Source: an uncultured bacterium (lineage in GTDB: Bacteria > Desulfobacterota > BSN033 > UBA1163). From it: DNA of 64,000 nt. The position numbers and the translations under genes were made by a program. The notes beneath the pieces are model-generated. The model had not been told where the DNA came from. It saw only the letters and a program-made list of their open reading frames with translations, and searched no databases. Position 1 is the first letter of the stretch, and each line of letters opens with the position of its first letter. Shown piece by piece: positions 1-10,692 of this stretch. The stretch lies in contig CALLAL010000003.1 of the NCBI GenBank assembly GCA_938002255.1, forward strand, positions 65,639 through 129,638, in the 5' to 3' direction.

Positions 1-459
1 GTCCGCCTTTATAGAGGATCTTGGGTTGAATGGTCCGCTGACCCCAACCTCCCCATCAGAACAGGAACCGATCCTTAAACCTTCTTTTAATTTCTCACGT
101 TACCCAGATGTTGCATTATTTCTGTTCGAATGGGCAAGGGGGATCTGTTCGGAAAGGCTTCGAGGCGAACCTTTTTCCAATAAGTGGCATAGAATTTGCT
201 TCTTTTAGGAGTCTCTTAATGAATTTTGTTTAAATACTGATAAATCAACATTAATTAGATATTCTTATAAAGACAAATTTGCACTGCCTTTTACAAAATT
301 GGTTTAAAGGGAGAGTTAGAAAAAATCCCTTTATATGATCTGCGGAGCCCTTTCACAAATTCTACTTTCAATTTCAATTTAAACTTGACAAAGATAGAAG
401 GTCTATGACATTTTTTTATAAATTTTTTTCTCAAAACTTTGCTCGATCAGCCTGGAGGG

Positions 460-1980
460 ATGGAGATGATCGTTAGGCTTCTATGCCTTGGAATGCTTCT
501 CATACTTTCAAGCTCCTGTCTTCCAGGAATCTACTCCCTCTCTTCCAAAAATAATTTGAATCCTTCTTCTGAAAAAACAACGAATCTCTCCCTCTTCACC
601 CAGGAAGAATTGGAAAAACTCTTTCCAGATCCCATTCCATCGAACTCATACCCTAATCCTCCCTTTGTCTTCGAGGAGGATAGAATTTTAGAAACCCCCT
701 TGGTTGTCCGTAGCATCTCCTACCCCATCAGTGATGAATCAAGCGACGATTTCCAGCTGGAGTTAGTACCTGCAGATCTACCCCGAAAAAAGAACGAGTT
801 TGACATTCCCATCGTCATCAATGAAAAAGTGGAATATTTCATTCGCTATTTCCAAACCACCATTCGTAATAATTTTGCGAGCTGGCTCGCCCGTTCTGAA
901 AAATATATTCTTTTTATGAGAGAGCTTCTCAGGGAGAATGGCCTCCCTGAAGATCTGGTTTACCTGGCCATGATTGAGAGTGGTTTTAATCCTTACGCCT
1001 ACTCAAGAAGTAAGGCGATGGGGCCCTGGCAGTTTATCTATCCGACGGGTAAAAAGTATGGTTTAAAGGTGAACTGGTGGGTGGATGAACGAAGAGATCC
1101 AGAGAAATCGACGATTGCGGCTGCAAGATACCTCAAAGACCTCTACGATATGTTTGAATGCTGGTACCTGGCTGCCGCAGGCTATAACGCCGGGGAGAAC
1201 AAGATCGCCAACGGCATGAAGCGCTATCGAACAGAAGACTTCTGGGAGTTGACCAAATACCGTTATCTCAAACAGGAGACAAAACACTACGTGCCCCAGA
1301 TGATCGCAGCGGCCCTAATTGCCAAGGATCCTGAGAAATATGGCTTTACCCATATCGAATACCAGGAACCTCTTCGGTATGATAAGGTGTTGGTCCCCCC
1401 TGCGATCGACCTCCGAATCATTGCCAAGGCATCCGAGATTTCACTCGATGAATTAAAGGAATTGAATCCTGAGTTACGCCGATGGTGTACGCCTCCCGAT
1501 GTTTCAGCCTATGAGATTAAAATTCCTTTTGGAAAGGCTGATCGCTTCCAGAAAAATTTTGAATCGCTTCGCCCTGAAGGAACGACCTCTTTTAGGACTC
1601 ACATCGTGAAAAAGGGAGAAACCCTTACACAGATTGCAAAGAATTATCGAGTGGAATTGGAGCCGATCTTAGAGATCAACCGGTTGGGAAAAGCCAGCCG
1701 GCTCTCGGCTGGAACTCACCTGCTCATCCCTCTCCCAAGAGAAGACAGAACCAAACAGAGCGTATCTGACTCCTCTTCTAAGCCTTCCCCCAAAAAGGTT
1801 AGAACCTCTGAAGCCCGGGAAATCATTTATACCATCAAAAAGGGAGATTCCCTCTGGAGCATTGCTAACCAATTTAATGTAAGCGTTGAAGAAATTAAAT
1901 CCTGGAACAATCTGAATGGAGATAACCGAATCTACCCATCAGACCAGCTCAAATTGATGATCGGAAAAACCAACTCGTAA
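460..1980 (+). CDS. mltD: Membrane-bound lytic murein transglycosylase (SLT domain) with two C-terminal LysM domains, likely a lipoprotein
   Basis: The SLT motif MIESGFNPYAYSRSKAMGPWQF is present. Two LysM-like repeats are present (GETLTQIAKNY... and GDSLWSIANQF...). The signal peptide ends in Cys. A GGAGGG SD precedes the ATG at 460; the ORF finder begins at a TTG at 439. Confidence 0.8.
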   Translation: MEMIVRLLCLGMLLILSSSCLPGIYSLSSKNNLNPSSEKTTNLSLFTQEELEKLFPDPIPSNSYPNPPFVFEEDRILETPLVVRSISYPISDESSDDFQLELVPADLPRKKNEFDIPIVINEKVEYFIRYFQTTIRNNFASWLARSEKYILFMRELLRENGLPEDLVYLAMIESGFNPYAYSRSKAMGPWQFIYPTGKKYGLKVNWWVDERRDPEKSTIAAARYLKDLYDMFECWYLAAAGYNAGENKIANGMKRYRTEDFWELTKYRYLKQETKHYVPQMIAAALIAKDPEKYGFTHIEYQEPLRYDKVLVPPAIDLRIIAKASEISLDELKELNPELRRWCTPPDVSAYEIKIPFGKADRFQKNFESLRPEGTTSFRTHIVKKGETLTQIAKNYRVELEPILEINRLGKASRLSAGTHLLIPLPREDRTKQSVSDSSSKPSPKKVRTSEAREIIYTIKKGDSLWSIANQFNVSVEEIKSWNNLNGDNRIYPSDQLKLMIGKTNS

Positions 1981-2208
1981 CCCCCTCGGGTTAGAGTGAG
2001 TCTTCCTCCATTTTTTGATCCTTTCCTCAATCTCTACCCATCCACTTTCTGTTCGATGTACCCTCCAATCATAAGTCTCATAGAATTCATGCAAAGGGTT
2101 GACAAAGCAAGGGTTCTTCCTTTATATGGGATAAGATTCCATTGCTGATCAACCCGAGACGTTCGGTACCAAGGTGATGGAAAGAATTATCAAACGGGAG
2201 GAAAAAAT

Positions 2209-3201
2209 ATGTTTCTACCCAGGTTTGAATTGATCCAGCCGCAATCCATGCAGGAAGTGTGTAATCTCCTTCAGGAAGACCGTGATCAGGCCATCCTCCT
2301 GGCAGGAGGAACCGCTCTTGTGGTTTACCTGCGTTATCGACTCCGACAACCCACTCGGGTGATTGGCTTGAAATCATTGCCCACTCTCAAAGAGATATCC
2401 CTGAACGGAGATGGAACACTGGTCATCGGAGCGATGGTATCTTTGAAAACGATCGAGACCTCACCCCTTATTAAAAACCATTGGCCTGCTCTGGCTGAAG
2501 CCGCTCAGATGGTAGCAGTTCCTCCTATCCGACAACAGGCAACTCTTGGAGGAAACCTTTGTCTTGATACGCGATGCATCTTTTATAACCAGTCCGAAAC
2601 CTTCAGAAGTAGCCAGAAGAATTGCTTCAAGTTAGGAGGCGAGGTCTGTCATGCAGTGAAAAAGGGAACTCGCTGCCAGTCGGTATGCCAGAGTGATCTT
2701 GCCCCTGTTTTGATGGCACTGGGAGCGGAGCTAAAAATTGCTTCAGCGGCTGGCGAAAGGATCGTTCCTTTATCCACCTTTTTCACTGGAAAGGGAGAGA
2801 AACCGAATATTCTTAAACCGGATGAGATTTTGGTTGAAGTGATCGTCCCTCCTTCGCCTCCGGCTGTTTCTGTGGCTTACGAAAAATTAAGAGTCCGGGA
2901 AGGAATGGACTTTCCCATGGCAGGAGTCGCCGTTTCGGTAAAGAAGAATCCGGAGGGTTACATCGAACAGGTCAAGCCCATCCTGGGAGCGGTGGGAACT
3001 TCACCCATTGAAGTATCTTTTGAAGGAAAACTCCTTGGAGGACAAACCTTAACAGATGATTTCCTTCAAACCCTGGCTCAAGAGGCGATGAGTCGAGCCC
3101 ATCCCGTCGGGAATCTCGCCATGGATGCAACCTATCGTAGGAAAATGGTTGGCGTCCTTTTGAAACGGGCTCTGCGGCGAGCGCTATCCATGCCATCGTA
3201 G
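2209..3201 (+). CDS. FAD-binding medium subunit of a xanthine dehydrogenase/CO dehydrogenase family enzyme, with a Cys-rich insert like the HcrB beta subunit of 4-hydroxybenzoyl-CoA reductase
   Basis: The CoxM-like FAD motif LLAGGT is present. The insert CLDTRCIFYNQSE...CFKLGGEVCHAVKKGTRCQSVCQSD has 7 Cys. That pattern is typical of the extra [4Fe-4S] loop in HcrB. Confidence 0.75.
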   Translation: MFLPRFELIQPQSMQEVCNLLQEDRDQAILLAGGTALVVYLRYRLRQPTRVIGLKSLPTLKEISLNGDGTLVIGAMVSLKTIETSPLIKNHWPALAEAAQMVAVPPIRQQATLGGNLCLDTRCIFYNQSETFRSSQKNCFKLGGEVCHAVKKGTRCQSVCQSDLAPVLMALGAELKIASAAGERIVPLSTFFTGKGEKPNILKPDEILVEVIVPPSPPAVSVAYEKLRVREGMDFPMAGVAVSVKKNPEGYIEQVKPILGAVGTSPIEVSFEGKLLGGQTLTDDFLQTLAQEAMSRAHPVGNLAMDATYRRKMVGVLLKRALRRALSMPS

Positions 3202-3327
3202 TCCACTGGAAATTTGATGTTTTGATCAAGCGTCGGGTTCAAACATTGATGAATCGGATTTTTTAAAAATCTTAATCCAAACCTTCCATGAAACGAACGA
3301 AGGTGAGAAGAGAAAGCCGAGGGAGCT

Positions 3328-6096
3328 ATGGAACAGATTTCAATCGCACTAAAGATCAACGGCAGAATGGAACATCTTGAAATCCCTCCTCAGCGAACCC
3401 TTCTGGAGGTCATCCGAGAAGACCTGCAGCTCACAGGAACCAAATCTGGGTGTGAAGATGGAACCTGTGGCGCCTGTACAGTCTTGCTCGATGGTATTCC
3501 GGTCCGTTCCTGTCTGATCCTTGCTGCAGAAGTCCAGGGACGGGAAATCACCACAATCGAGGGATTGTCAGATGGCGAAAAACTCCATCCCGTGCAAGAA
3601 GCCTTTGTAAAAATGGGAGGAACACAATGTGGATTTTGCACCCCGGGAATGATCTTAACGACCAAAGCGTTACTGGATCAGAATCCTACCCCTACAGAAC
3701 AGGAGATTCGCAAGGCAATCTCTGGAAACCTCTGCCGGTGTACAGGTTATACGAAAATCATTGAATCCGTGCAATCCATTTCAGGTCAGGAATCATCCTT
3801 AAAGGGAAAGGAAAACGTTTTTACCGACTATTCGGTCGTTGGGAAAAGGGTTCCTCGAATTGATTCTGTTCCCAAAGTGAAGGGAGATGCAAAATACTCT
3901 GCAGATCTTTTTCTACCAGGCATGCTTTATGCCAAAGCACTTCGAAGCCCTTATGCCCATGCGAAGATACTCCACATTGATACCAGTAGAGCTGAGAAGC
4001 TTCCTGGAGTAAGGGCGGTCATCACCGGTCACCATGCCATTCCCTACCGATGGGGAGTTTTTGCTTACACCCGGGATATGCAGTTTCTTCCTACAGATAA
4101 AGCCCGATTCGTCGGCCAAGAAATTGCTGCGGTGGCAGCGATTGATGAAGATATTGCGCGGGAAGCGATTGAACTGATCAAAGTAGATTGGGAACCCCTC
4201 CCCTATGTGCTTGATCCCGAAAAGGCATTGCTTGAAGGGGCTCCACTCATTCATGAGGATAAACCCGGAAATATAAGTGTCAGAATCTATGTGAACGAAG
4301 GAGAAGTCGAGCGGGCCCTTTCGGAATCCTTTCTCGTGGAAGAAGGTCGTTTCTCCTCTCCAGAGGAGAATTACTGCCAATTAGAGAGCTATGCTGTGTT
4401 AGCCAATTTCGATAGTACGGGCTTGGACATCTGGTGTCCCAATGCAGGACCTCATATGAAAGCCCGACCTCTCAGCAATGCTTTAGGCATTCCAACCTCA
4501 GACGTACGCGTCCGAAAGGTGACCGTAGGAGGTCATTTTGGAGGCAGGTCTGAAATTTCTCCCGCCGATTTTATGGCAGCCCTCCTTTCGAAAAAGGCTC
4601 GTCGTCCTGTCAAATTGGTCTATACGCGAGAAGAAAATTTCAACTGCGTGCGACAGGTCCATGGAAGCATCACAGAGTGTAAGGTTGGGGTGAACGCTGA
4701 GGGTCAATTAACCGCCATCGATATGAAGGTCATTATGGATGGTGGGGCCTATGCGAGTACCGGACCGATTGCTGCGTCTGTGGCTTATATCATGATCGAA
4801 GAAACCTATAAATTTTCCCATTTTCGTTATGAAGCCATACGAGCTTATACGAATAAACCACCCCGGGGCATGTATCCACACCACCCTCGAACAACCTATG
4901 CAGCACTGGAGTTACTCCTTGACCGGATCTCTGAAAAAATGGGAATGGACCCTCTTGAATTTAGAATCAAGAATGCTGTCCATGAAGGCTATGTGACTCC
5001 AACAAGGTCGATCATCACCTCTTGTGGAGAAGTGGAAACCATGAAATTGGCTGCCGAAAGGGCAGGCTGGAAAGAGAAACGAGGCCATCTTCCCCCTTAT
5101 CGCGGCATCGGTATGGGTTGTGGGGCTATGATTAGTGGGTTTCCCATGGGCATCCGAGGTGGATCAGCCGCCTTTGTCCGCTTCAACGAAGATGGAGATG
5201 TTGTTGTCATCTCCGGAGTGATGGACAATGGCCAGGGGAATGACAGCATGGTGGCTCAAATTGCTGCAGAGGAACTTGGCATCTCAATCGATCGAGTCAA
5301 AGTGATCACAGGCGATACAAGCGTCACGCCCTCTGATCAGGGAGCTTACTCTCAAGCCTCCACCCTCATCTCAGGGGGTGCCGTCAAAGCTGCAGCTGCC
5401 GATGCTAAAGAACAACTTTTAGAAGTAGCCGCTCAGATGTTGGAAGTCAGCAAAGCAGACTTGATCGCACGTGAGGGTCGTATCTTTGTGAAGGGAGAAC
5501 CGGATCGCTCGGTCGATATTTCAAAGGTCGCTAGAACCGCCTTATCCCGGAATCGAGCCATTTTGGGCCGTGGAGATCGATGGCCTGAGGCCGATCCTAA
5601 AAGGGAATGGATCAAAAACCCCAGGGGACAGGTGGCTTCAGCCTACTCTTTCGGAACGGCTGTCGCTGAAGTAGAGGTTGATCCTGAAACAGGGAAGATT
5701 AAACTCCTGAACATGGTGGGAGCCCATGACTGTGGGTACCCGATCAACCCGCTCGCCGTGGAACAGCAGATCCAGCGCTCAGCCATGGAGGCAGGTCCTC
5801 AGGGAGTCCTCATGGAAAGGCATCTCTGGACAGAAAAAGGGCAGAACCTCAATGCCAATTTTTCTGATTATTGGTTTCCGCTGGCTACCGATGTGCCCAA
5901 CATCGAGCCAATCATCGTCAGCTCCAACGATCCTTTTGGGCCTTTCGGCGCTAAAGAAGGGGGGCTTTCTATATCTGTGGCAATGATTGGAGCCGTGGCG
6001 AATGCAATTCAAAACGCGATTGGCATCACGCCTAAAGATTTTCCCGTAACGCCAGAGGTGGTCCTGAAGTTATTGGAGGAAAAGAAATCCCGTTAA
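3328..6096 (+). CDS. Fused [2Fe-2S] small subunit plus molybdopterin-binding large subunit of a xanthine dehydrogenase family enzyme (HcrC-HcrA-like fusion)
   Basis: The N-terminus has the CEDGTCGACTV and QCGFCTPGM 2Fe-2S motifs. About 170 aa later comes aldehyde-oxidase/xanthine-dehydrogenase large-subunit similarity over about 750 aa. It is a single uninterrupted 922-aa ORF. Confidence 0.8.
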   Translation: MEQISIALKINGRMEHLEIPPQRTLLEVIREDLQLTGTKSGCEDGTCGACTVLLDGIPVRSCLILAAEVQGREITTIEGLSDGEKLHPVQEAFVKMGGTQCGFCTPGMILTTKALLDQNPTPTEQEIRKAISGNLCRCTGYTKIIESVQSISGQESSLKGKENVFTDYSVVGKRVPRIDSVPKVKGDAKYSADLFLPGMLYAKALRSPYAHAKILHIDTSRAEKLPGVRAVITGHHAIPYRWGVFAYTRDMQFLPTDKARFVGQEIAAVAAIDEDIAREAIELIKVDWEPLPYVLDPEKALLEGAPLIHEDKPGNISVRIYVNEGEVERALSESFLVEEGRFSSPEENYCQLESYAVLANFDSTGLDIWCPNAGPHMKARPLSNALGIPTSDVRVRKVTVGGHFGGRSEISPADFMAALLSKKARRPVKLVYTREENFNCVRQVHGSITECKVGVNAEGQLTAIDMKVIMDGGAYASTGPIAASVAYIMIEETYKFSHFRYEAIRAYTNKPPRGMYPHHPRTTYAALELLLDRISEKMGMDPLEFRIKNAVHEGYVTPTRSIITSCGEVETMKLAAERAGWKEKRGHLPPYRGIGMGCGAMISGFPMGIRGGSAAFVRFNEDGDVVVISGVMDNGQGNDSMVAQIAAEELGISIDRVKVITGDTSVTPSDQGAYSQASTLISGGAVKAAAADAKEQLLEVAAQMLEVSKADLIAREGRIFVKGEPDRSVDISKVARTALSRNRAILGRGDRWPEADPKREWIKNPRGQVASAYSFGTAVAEVEVDPETGKIKLLNMVGAHDCGYPINPLAVEQQIQRSAMEAGPQGVLMERHLWTEKGQNLNANFSDYWFPLATDVPNIEPIIVSSNDPFGPFGAKEGGLSISVAMIGAVANAIQNAIGITPKDFPVTPEVVLKLLEEKKSR

Positions 6097-6125
6097 ATCA
6101 GAAATGATAAAGGAGGAAGGAGAGC

Positions 6126-7268
6126 ATGAAGGTACTTGTACTGGGTGGAACAGGAAGTATGGGTCAGGGTGTGGCCCGGGACCTGATCAAACAAGAACCG
6201 ATTCAGAAAGTGATCCTCGGAGATATCAATACCGATCCCAATCGTGTCCAAGAGAAGTTACGGTCCAGCCCAAAGGTGTCCCTAACAAAAATAGATGTCA
6301 ATGATCACTCGGGTTTGGTCAAAACCATTCGGGAGGCCGATGTGGTGATCAACTGCGCAGGGCCATTTTACAAGACCGCAGTAGCCGTGGCCCGGGCAGC
6401 CGTAGAAGCCAAAGTCAATTATATCGATATCTGCGACGACTATGAGGCAACGGAGATTCTCTTTGCGTCCGATATCGATGCTGCGGCACGAGCCGCAGGG
6501 ATTACGGTCCTGACAGGAATGGGATCCGATCCCGGAACAAATAATGTCATCGTTCGATGGTATGCCGACCAACTCGATCGGGTGGATGAAATCGCTCTGT
6601 TCTGGGTCGTCAGTATTGCCGAACTTTCAGGGGCAGCCTGGGATCATGGGCTTCATATGACGATTGGAAAAATTCCACAGTATCTCGATGGTAAATTAGA
6701 ATACGTCGAAGGGGGAACGGGTGAGGAGATCACAGAGTTCCTCGAACCCCTTGGAGTCTGTAAGGTTCGCTATGTGGGCCATCCCCAACCCCTCACCATC
6801 CCGAAATATATCAAAGGAGTGAAAAAGGTCGTGGTCAAGGGAGTGCTGATCCCCGCATGGGTGGATGAACTGATTCAACAGCAGAGAGAAACAGGTTTTC
6901 TCGGAGAGGAACCGATTGAAGTGAGGGGAGTGAAGGTTAAGCCCTATGATCTCACCCTTCGGCTCTGGGAGACCATTCCCCAAAATAGAGACAAAGGACC
7001 TCAGTCTTCCGGCCTAAAAGTGATTGTAAAAGGAGAAAAAGACGGGAAACAGATCACCTACACTGCTGACATGGCAGGTCGGATGGCACCCGGTACAGGA
7101 CTTCCGGCTTCCATTGCGGCTCTCATGCTCCAGGCGGGTGAAGTAACGGCAAAAGGAGTCGTTGCTCCAGAAGGCTGCATCCATCCTAAAAAATTTCTTT
7201 CAGAGCTAATTAAAAGGGGAGCCAAAATACACCAGACCGAAACGGTCAAGTCAATCCTTTCGCTTTAG
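6126..7268 (+). CDS. Saccharopine dehydrogenase family NAD(P)-binding oxidoreductase
   Basis: The N-terminus has the Rossmann motif VLVLGGTGSMGQGVARDL. Length is 380 aa, and it is tightly linked to the next gene. Confidence 0.65.
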   Translation: MKVLVLGGTGSMGQGVARDLIKQEPIQKVILGDINTDPNRVQEKLRSSPKVSLTKIDVNDHSGLVKTIREADVVINCAGPFYKTAVAVARAAVEAKVNYIDICDDYEATEILFASDIDAAARAAGITVLTGMGSDPGTNNVIVRWYADQLDRVDEIALFWVVSIAELSGAAWDHGLHMTIGKIPQYLDGKLEYVEGGTGEEITEFLEPLGVCKVRYVGHPQPLTIPKYIKGVKKVVVKGVLIPAWVDELIQQQRETGFLGEEPIEVRGVKVKPYDLTLRLWETIPQNRDKGPQSSGLKVIVKGEKDGKQITYTADMAGRMAPGTGLPASIAALMLQAGEVTAKGVVAPEGCIHPKKFLSELIKRGAKIHQTETVKSILSL

Positions 7269-7300
7269 TCTGAATCTCAAATACTCAAAGGAGAAGGGTT

Positions 7301-8563
7301 ATGAAACAGGTTGAAAAATTGAATATCCGCCGAAGCCTCGAACTCTTTGAAGAGGCAAAAACACTGGTTCCGGGTGGTGTTCTTGGTGCCAGAAAACCGA
7401 GCGACTTTATTGAAGGAGAGTATCCCATCTTTCTCCAATCGGGGAAGGGCTGTCGGTTGATCGATGTGGATGGCAATGAATTTATCGACTTTCTCTGCGG
7501 TTATGGTCCCATCATTCTCGGCTATCGAGAGGAAGAGGTGGACGAAGCAGTGATCCGCCAGATCCGTGATAAGGGATTTTGCTTTACCTTGACCCAGCCC
7601 TATCAAAATCAGCTTGCCAAGAAGATTAAAGAACATGTCCCCTGCTCTGAAATGAGCATCTTTCTGAAGACAGGCTCTGATGCCACCACTGCGAGCATTC
7701 GCATTGCAAGAGCCTATACCAATCGGCTCAAGGTGATGCGCTGCGGTTACCACGGTTGGCATGACTGGTGTGTTGAGATGAAGGGAGGCATCCCTCCCAA
7801 GCTTTATGAGGATGTTTATGAATTCCATTACAACCACTTAGATCAACTTGAGGAATTGATGAAACAACATGGTGATCAAACCGCTGCCATCATCATGACC
7901 CCTTTTGGCCATCCGCTTCATCAAAAAATGGAAGAACCCAAACCAGGCTTCCTCGAAGGAGTGAGAGAGATCGCCAATCGATATGGGGCAGTATTGATTT
8001 TTGATGAAGTGCGTACCTGTTTCCGACTGGCCATGGGTGGAGCTCAACAGCGTTATGGGGTGACGCCGGATCTTGCCGTACTCGGAAAAGGAATGGCCAA
8101 TGGGTATGCAATCAGTGTGGTGACGGGTAAAAAAGAAGTCATGATGGCCGCTGCCCAGAAGCTCTTTATCTCTTCGACCTTCTTTCCGAACAGTGACAGT
8201 TATGTCGCCGCCCTCAAGACCATCGAGATATTGGAGCGAGACAACGTTTTAAATAGCATCTGGGAAAAGGGGAACCGGTTTCTGAAAAAGATTGAGGCCA
8301 TTATCAAAAAATATGATGTGGGAGCAGAGCTGAGCGGTGTGGCACCTATGTTCTTCATTACCTTCAAGAGAGACGAGTCAGGAAGCCATAAAGCCAAACG
8401 GGACGATCTCTACACCCAGCTCATTCGAAGGAAAATTTTCTTTACCCCGCATCATCACGGATATATCTGTTACCGACACACCGATCAGGATCTCGATATT
8501 GCAGCCAATGCCATTGATGAAGCCCTAGCCTATGTGAACGAAAAACAGAAAGGGGGCTCTTAA
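7301..8563 (+). CDS. Class III PLP-dependent aminotransferase (glutamate-1-semialdehyde aminomutase-like)
   Basis: The motif LIFDEVRTCFRLAMGGAQQRYGVTPDLAVLGKGMANGY contains the PLP-binding lysine context. Length is 420 aa. Confidence 0.8.
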   Translation: MKQVEKLNIRRSLELFEEAKTLVPGGVLGARKPSDFIEGEYPIFLQSGKGCRLIDVDGNEFIDFLCGYGPIILGYREEEVDEAVIRQIRDKGFCFTLTQPYQNQLAKKIKEHVPCSEMSIFLKTGSDATTASIRIARAYTNRLKVMRCGYHGWHDWCVEMKGGIPPKLYEDVYEFHYNHLDQLEELMKQHGDQTAAIIMTPFGHPLHQKMEEPKPGFLEGVREIANRYGAVLIFDEVRTCFRLAMGGAQQRYGVTPDLAVLGKGMANGYAISVVTGKKEVMMAAAQKLFISSTFFPNSDSYVAALKTIEILERDNVLNSIWEKGNRFLKKIEAIIKKYDVGAELSGVAPMFFITFKRDESGSHKAKRDDLYTQLIRRKIFFTPHHHGYICYRHTDQDLDIAANAIDEALAYVNEKQKGGS

Positions 8564-8646
8564 CCGATCCGATATAGATCACCCCTCTTCGGTCAAGGGG
8601 AAGGGAGGGCGATAAGATTGAACGAAGAGGGAATGACAGGAGGCTC

Positions 8647-9072
8647 TTGATGAAAGTGAATAAGATCGATCATATCTGCATTGCCGTTAAAAATCTTGAA
8701 GAGGCCCGAAAAGTCTGGGAACCCATTCTTGGAAAATCTCAACCGGATGACCCCTATGTGGATGAAACTGAAAAGATAAGAGTGGCCAGATATTGGTTGG
8801 GCGAAGTGGGGTTTGAACTAATGGAATCCACAACCCCGGATGGCGAGGTGGCTAAATTCATTGAAAAAAGGGGGGAAGGGGTTATGGTGGTTAGCCTTCA
8901 TGTGGATCACACGGAAGAAGCCATGAAGGAACTGAAGGCTAAGGGATATCATTTTATCGGCGGAGCCAGGACCTTCCGAAACTGTAAATATGCGTTCATC
9001 CATCCCAAACAGGTCAACGGCATCTTGCTCGAACTGATCGATTACCCCTGGGACGAATTAAAGAAAAAGTGA
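8647..9072 (+). CDS. VOC/glyoxalase family protein, methylmalonyl-CoA epimerase-like
   Basis: The N-terminus KIDHICIAVKNLEEARKVW is typical of methylmalonyl-CoA epimerases. Length is 141 aa. Confidence 0.7.
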   Translation: MMKVNKIDHICIAVKNLEEARKVWEPILGKSQPDDPYVDETEKIRVARYWLGEVGFELMESTTPDGEVAKFIEKRGEGVMVVSLHVDHTEEAMKELKAKGYHFIGGARTFRNCKYAFIHPKQVNGILLELIDYPWDELKKK

Positions 9073-9231
9073 TAAAAACCTCTTGACAACTTCTTTAATT
9101 ATTGATATTTGAAAACCTATTTTAAGGGTGGGTAAATCAACAAATTAGCAAGCATGTTCAAAAGGAGGTGATGCAGAAAGAAAGCCGCCACCCCGTCCAT
9201 GATCTCTTCTAAAAAGTGAAGGAGGCAACTT

Positions 9232-10623
9232 ATGAAGGAATTTAAAGTGTTTTTAAGAGAAGATGAAATTCCGAAGCAATGGTATAATATTCAGGCCGAT
9301 TTACCAACACCTCTTCAACCTCCTCTTCATCCTGGAACTGGACAACCGATTGGACCTCAAGACCTCGCCCCTGTTTTTCCGATGAATCTGATCGAGCAGG
9401 AGGTAAGCACTCAGCGCTGGATCGACATTCCCCAAGAAGTGATGGAGAAACTGCTTATCTGGAGACCTACCCCGCTTCATCGAGCTTATGCCCTTGAAAA
9501 GGCGCTGGGAACCCCTGCCAGAATCTATTACAAGAATGAAGGGGTCAGCCCTCCCGGAAGTCATAAACCGAATACCGCTATTGCCCAGGCATATTACAAC
9601 AAAGTCTTTGGAATTAAAAGAATCACTACAGAGACGGGTGCCGGTCAGTGGGGAAGTGCGCTGAGTTTCGCCTGCTGTCTCTTTGGTTTGGAGTGTAAGG
9701 TCTATATGGTGAGAATCAGCTATGACCAGAAACCCTACCGTCGTCTCATGATGAATACCTGGGGAGCCAACTGTGTCCCCAGCCCGAGTAAAGATACGAA
9801 TGCTGGAAGAAAGATTCTCGAAGAAAATCCTGATTCTCCTGGAAGCCTTGGGATTGCCATCAGCGAAGCCATCGAGGATGCCGTCACGTCAAAAGACACC
9901 CGTTACTCCCTCGGAAGTGTTTTGAACCATGTGCTCATGCACCAGACCATTATCGGTTTGGAAGCCAAGAAACAGCTTGAGAAATTTGGAGAAAAGAAGG
10001 TTGACATTGTCACCGGTTGCGTGGGTGGAGGAAGTAACTTCGCAGGACTCGCCTTTCCTTTTGTTCTTGATAAGATCAATGGAGCTGATATTACCATTAT
10101 TCCGGCAGAGCCCACTTCCTGTCCCACGATGACAAGGGCTCCCTTCATCTACGATTTTGGTGATACAGCAGCCACCACCCCTCTTCTTCCCATGCACAGT
10201 CTTGGACATGCCTTCATCCCTGCACCCATTCATGCAGGAGGGTTAAGATATCATGGAGTGGCCCCCCTGATCAGTCAGTTGATTATTGAAGGACTGCTTC
10301 AACCCAGAGCCTACAACCAGTTAGAATGCTATGCCAATGCGGTCCTCTGGGCAAGGACAGAGGGAGCCATCCCGGCTCCTGAAACCAGCCACGCCATCTC
10401 AGTCGTTGTTGAAGAGGCGAAAAAGGCGAAGGAAGAGGGAAAAGAGAAGGTTATCCTCCTCAATTGGAGCGGCCATGGGATTATGGATTTGGGAGGATAC
10501 GAATCCTACTTCAGTGGTAAATTGGTTGATTACCCGTTGCCTGAACCAGAAATGCAAAAATCTTTAAAATCGATCGAAGGCCTTCCCAAACCTCAAATGT
10601 TGCGAAAAGGAAAACCCATTTAA
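9232..10623 (+). CDS. TrpB2-type tryptophan synthase beta-like PLP enzyme
   Basis: [46 protein letters not shown] matches the TrpB2 signature. Length is 463 aa. A GAAGGAGG SD sits 7 nt upstream. Confidence 0.8.
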   Translation: MKEFKVFLREDEIPKQWYNIQADLPTPLQPPLHPGTGQPIGPQDLAPVFPMNLIEQEVSTQRWIDIPQEVMEKLLIWRPTPLHRAYALEKALGTPARIYYKNEGVSPPGSHKPNTAIAQAYYNKVFGIKRITTETGAGQWGSALSFACCLFGLECKVYMVRISYDQKPYRRLMMNTWGANCVPSPSKDTNAGRKILEENPDSPGSLGIAISEAIEDAVTSKDTRYSLGSVLNHVLMHQTIIGLEAKKQLEKFGEKKVDIVTGCVGGGSNFAGLAFPFVLDKINGADITIIPAEPTSCPTMTRAPFIYDFGDTAATTPLLPMHSLGHAFIPAPIHAGGLRYHGVAPLISQLIIEGLLQPRAYNQLECYANAVLWARTEGAIPAPETSHAISVVVEEAKKAKEEGKEKVILLNWSGHGIMDLGGYESYFSGKLVDYPLPEPEMQKSLKSIEGLPKPQMLRKGKPI

Positions 10624-10629
10624 AAATAA

Positions 10630-10668
10630 AAACCCTGTGGGTCGCAAACCCTCAGGGTTTTTATTTAT
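10630..10668 (+). terminator. Rho-independent terminator after the TrpB2 gene
   Basis: The stem AAACCCTG...CAGGGTTT is followed by TTTATTTATT. Confidence 0.6.
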
Positions 10669-10692
10669 TCTTTTTAGTGATAAAAGATACAA

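Noticed and set aside
26-208. 60-aa ORF at the window start
   Set aside because: There is no SD and no recognisable similarity. It lies in a non-coding leader upstream of the transglycosylase gene.
9164-9205. 13-codon mini-ORF (MQKESRHPVHDLF) with an AGGAGGTG SD upstream of the TrpB2 gene, considered as a leader-peptide attenuator
   Set aside because: It has no Trp or other regulatory codon run and no obvious alternative terminator and antiterminator pair. The SD-like sequence abuts the ATG too closely. It is probably fortuitous.
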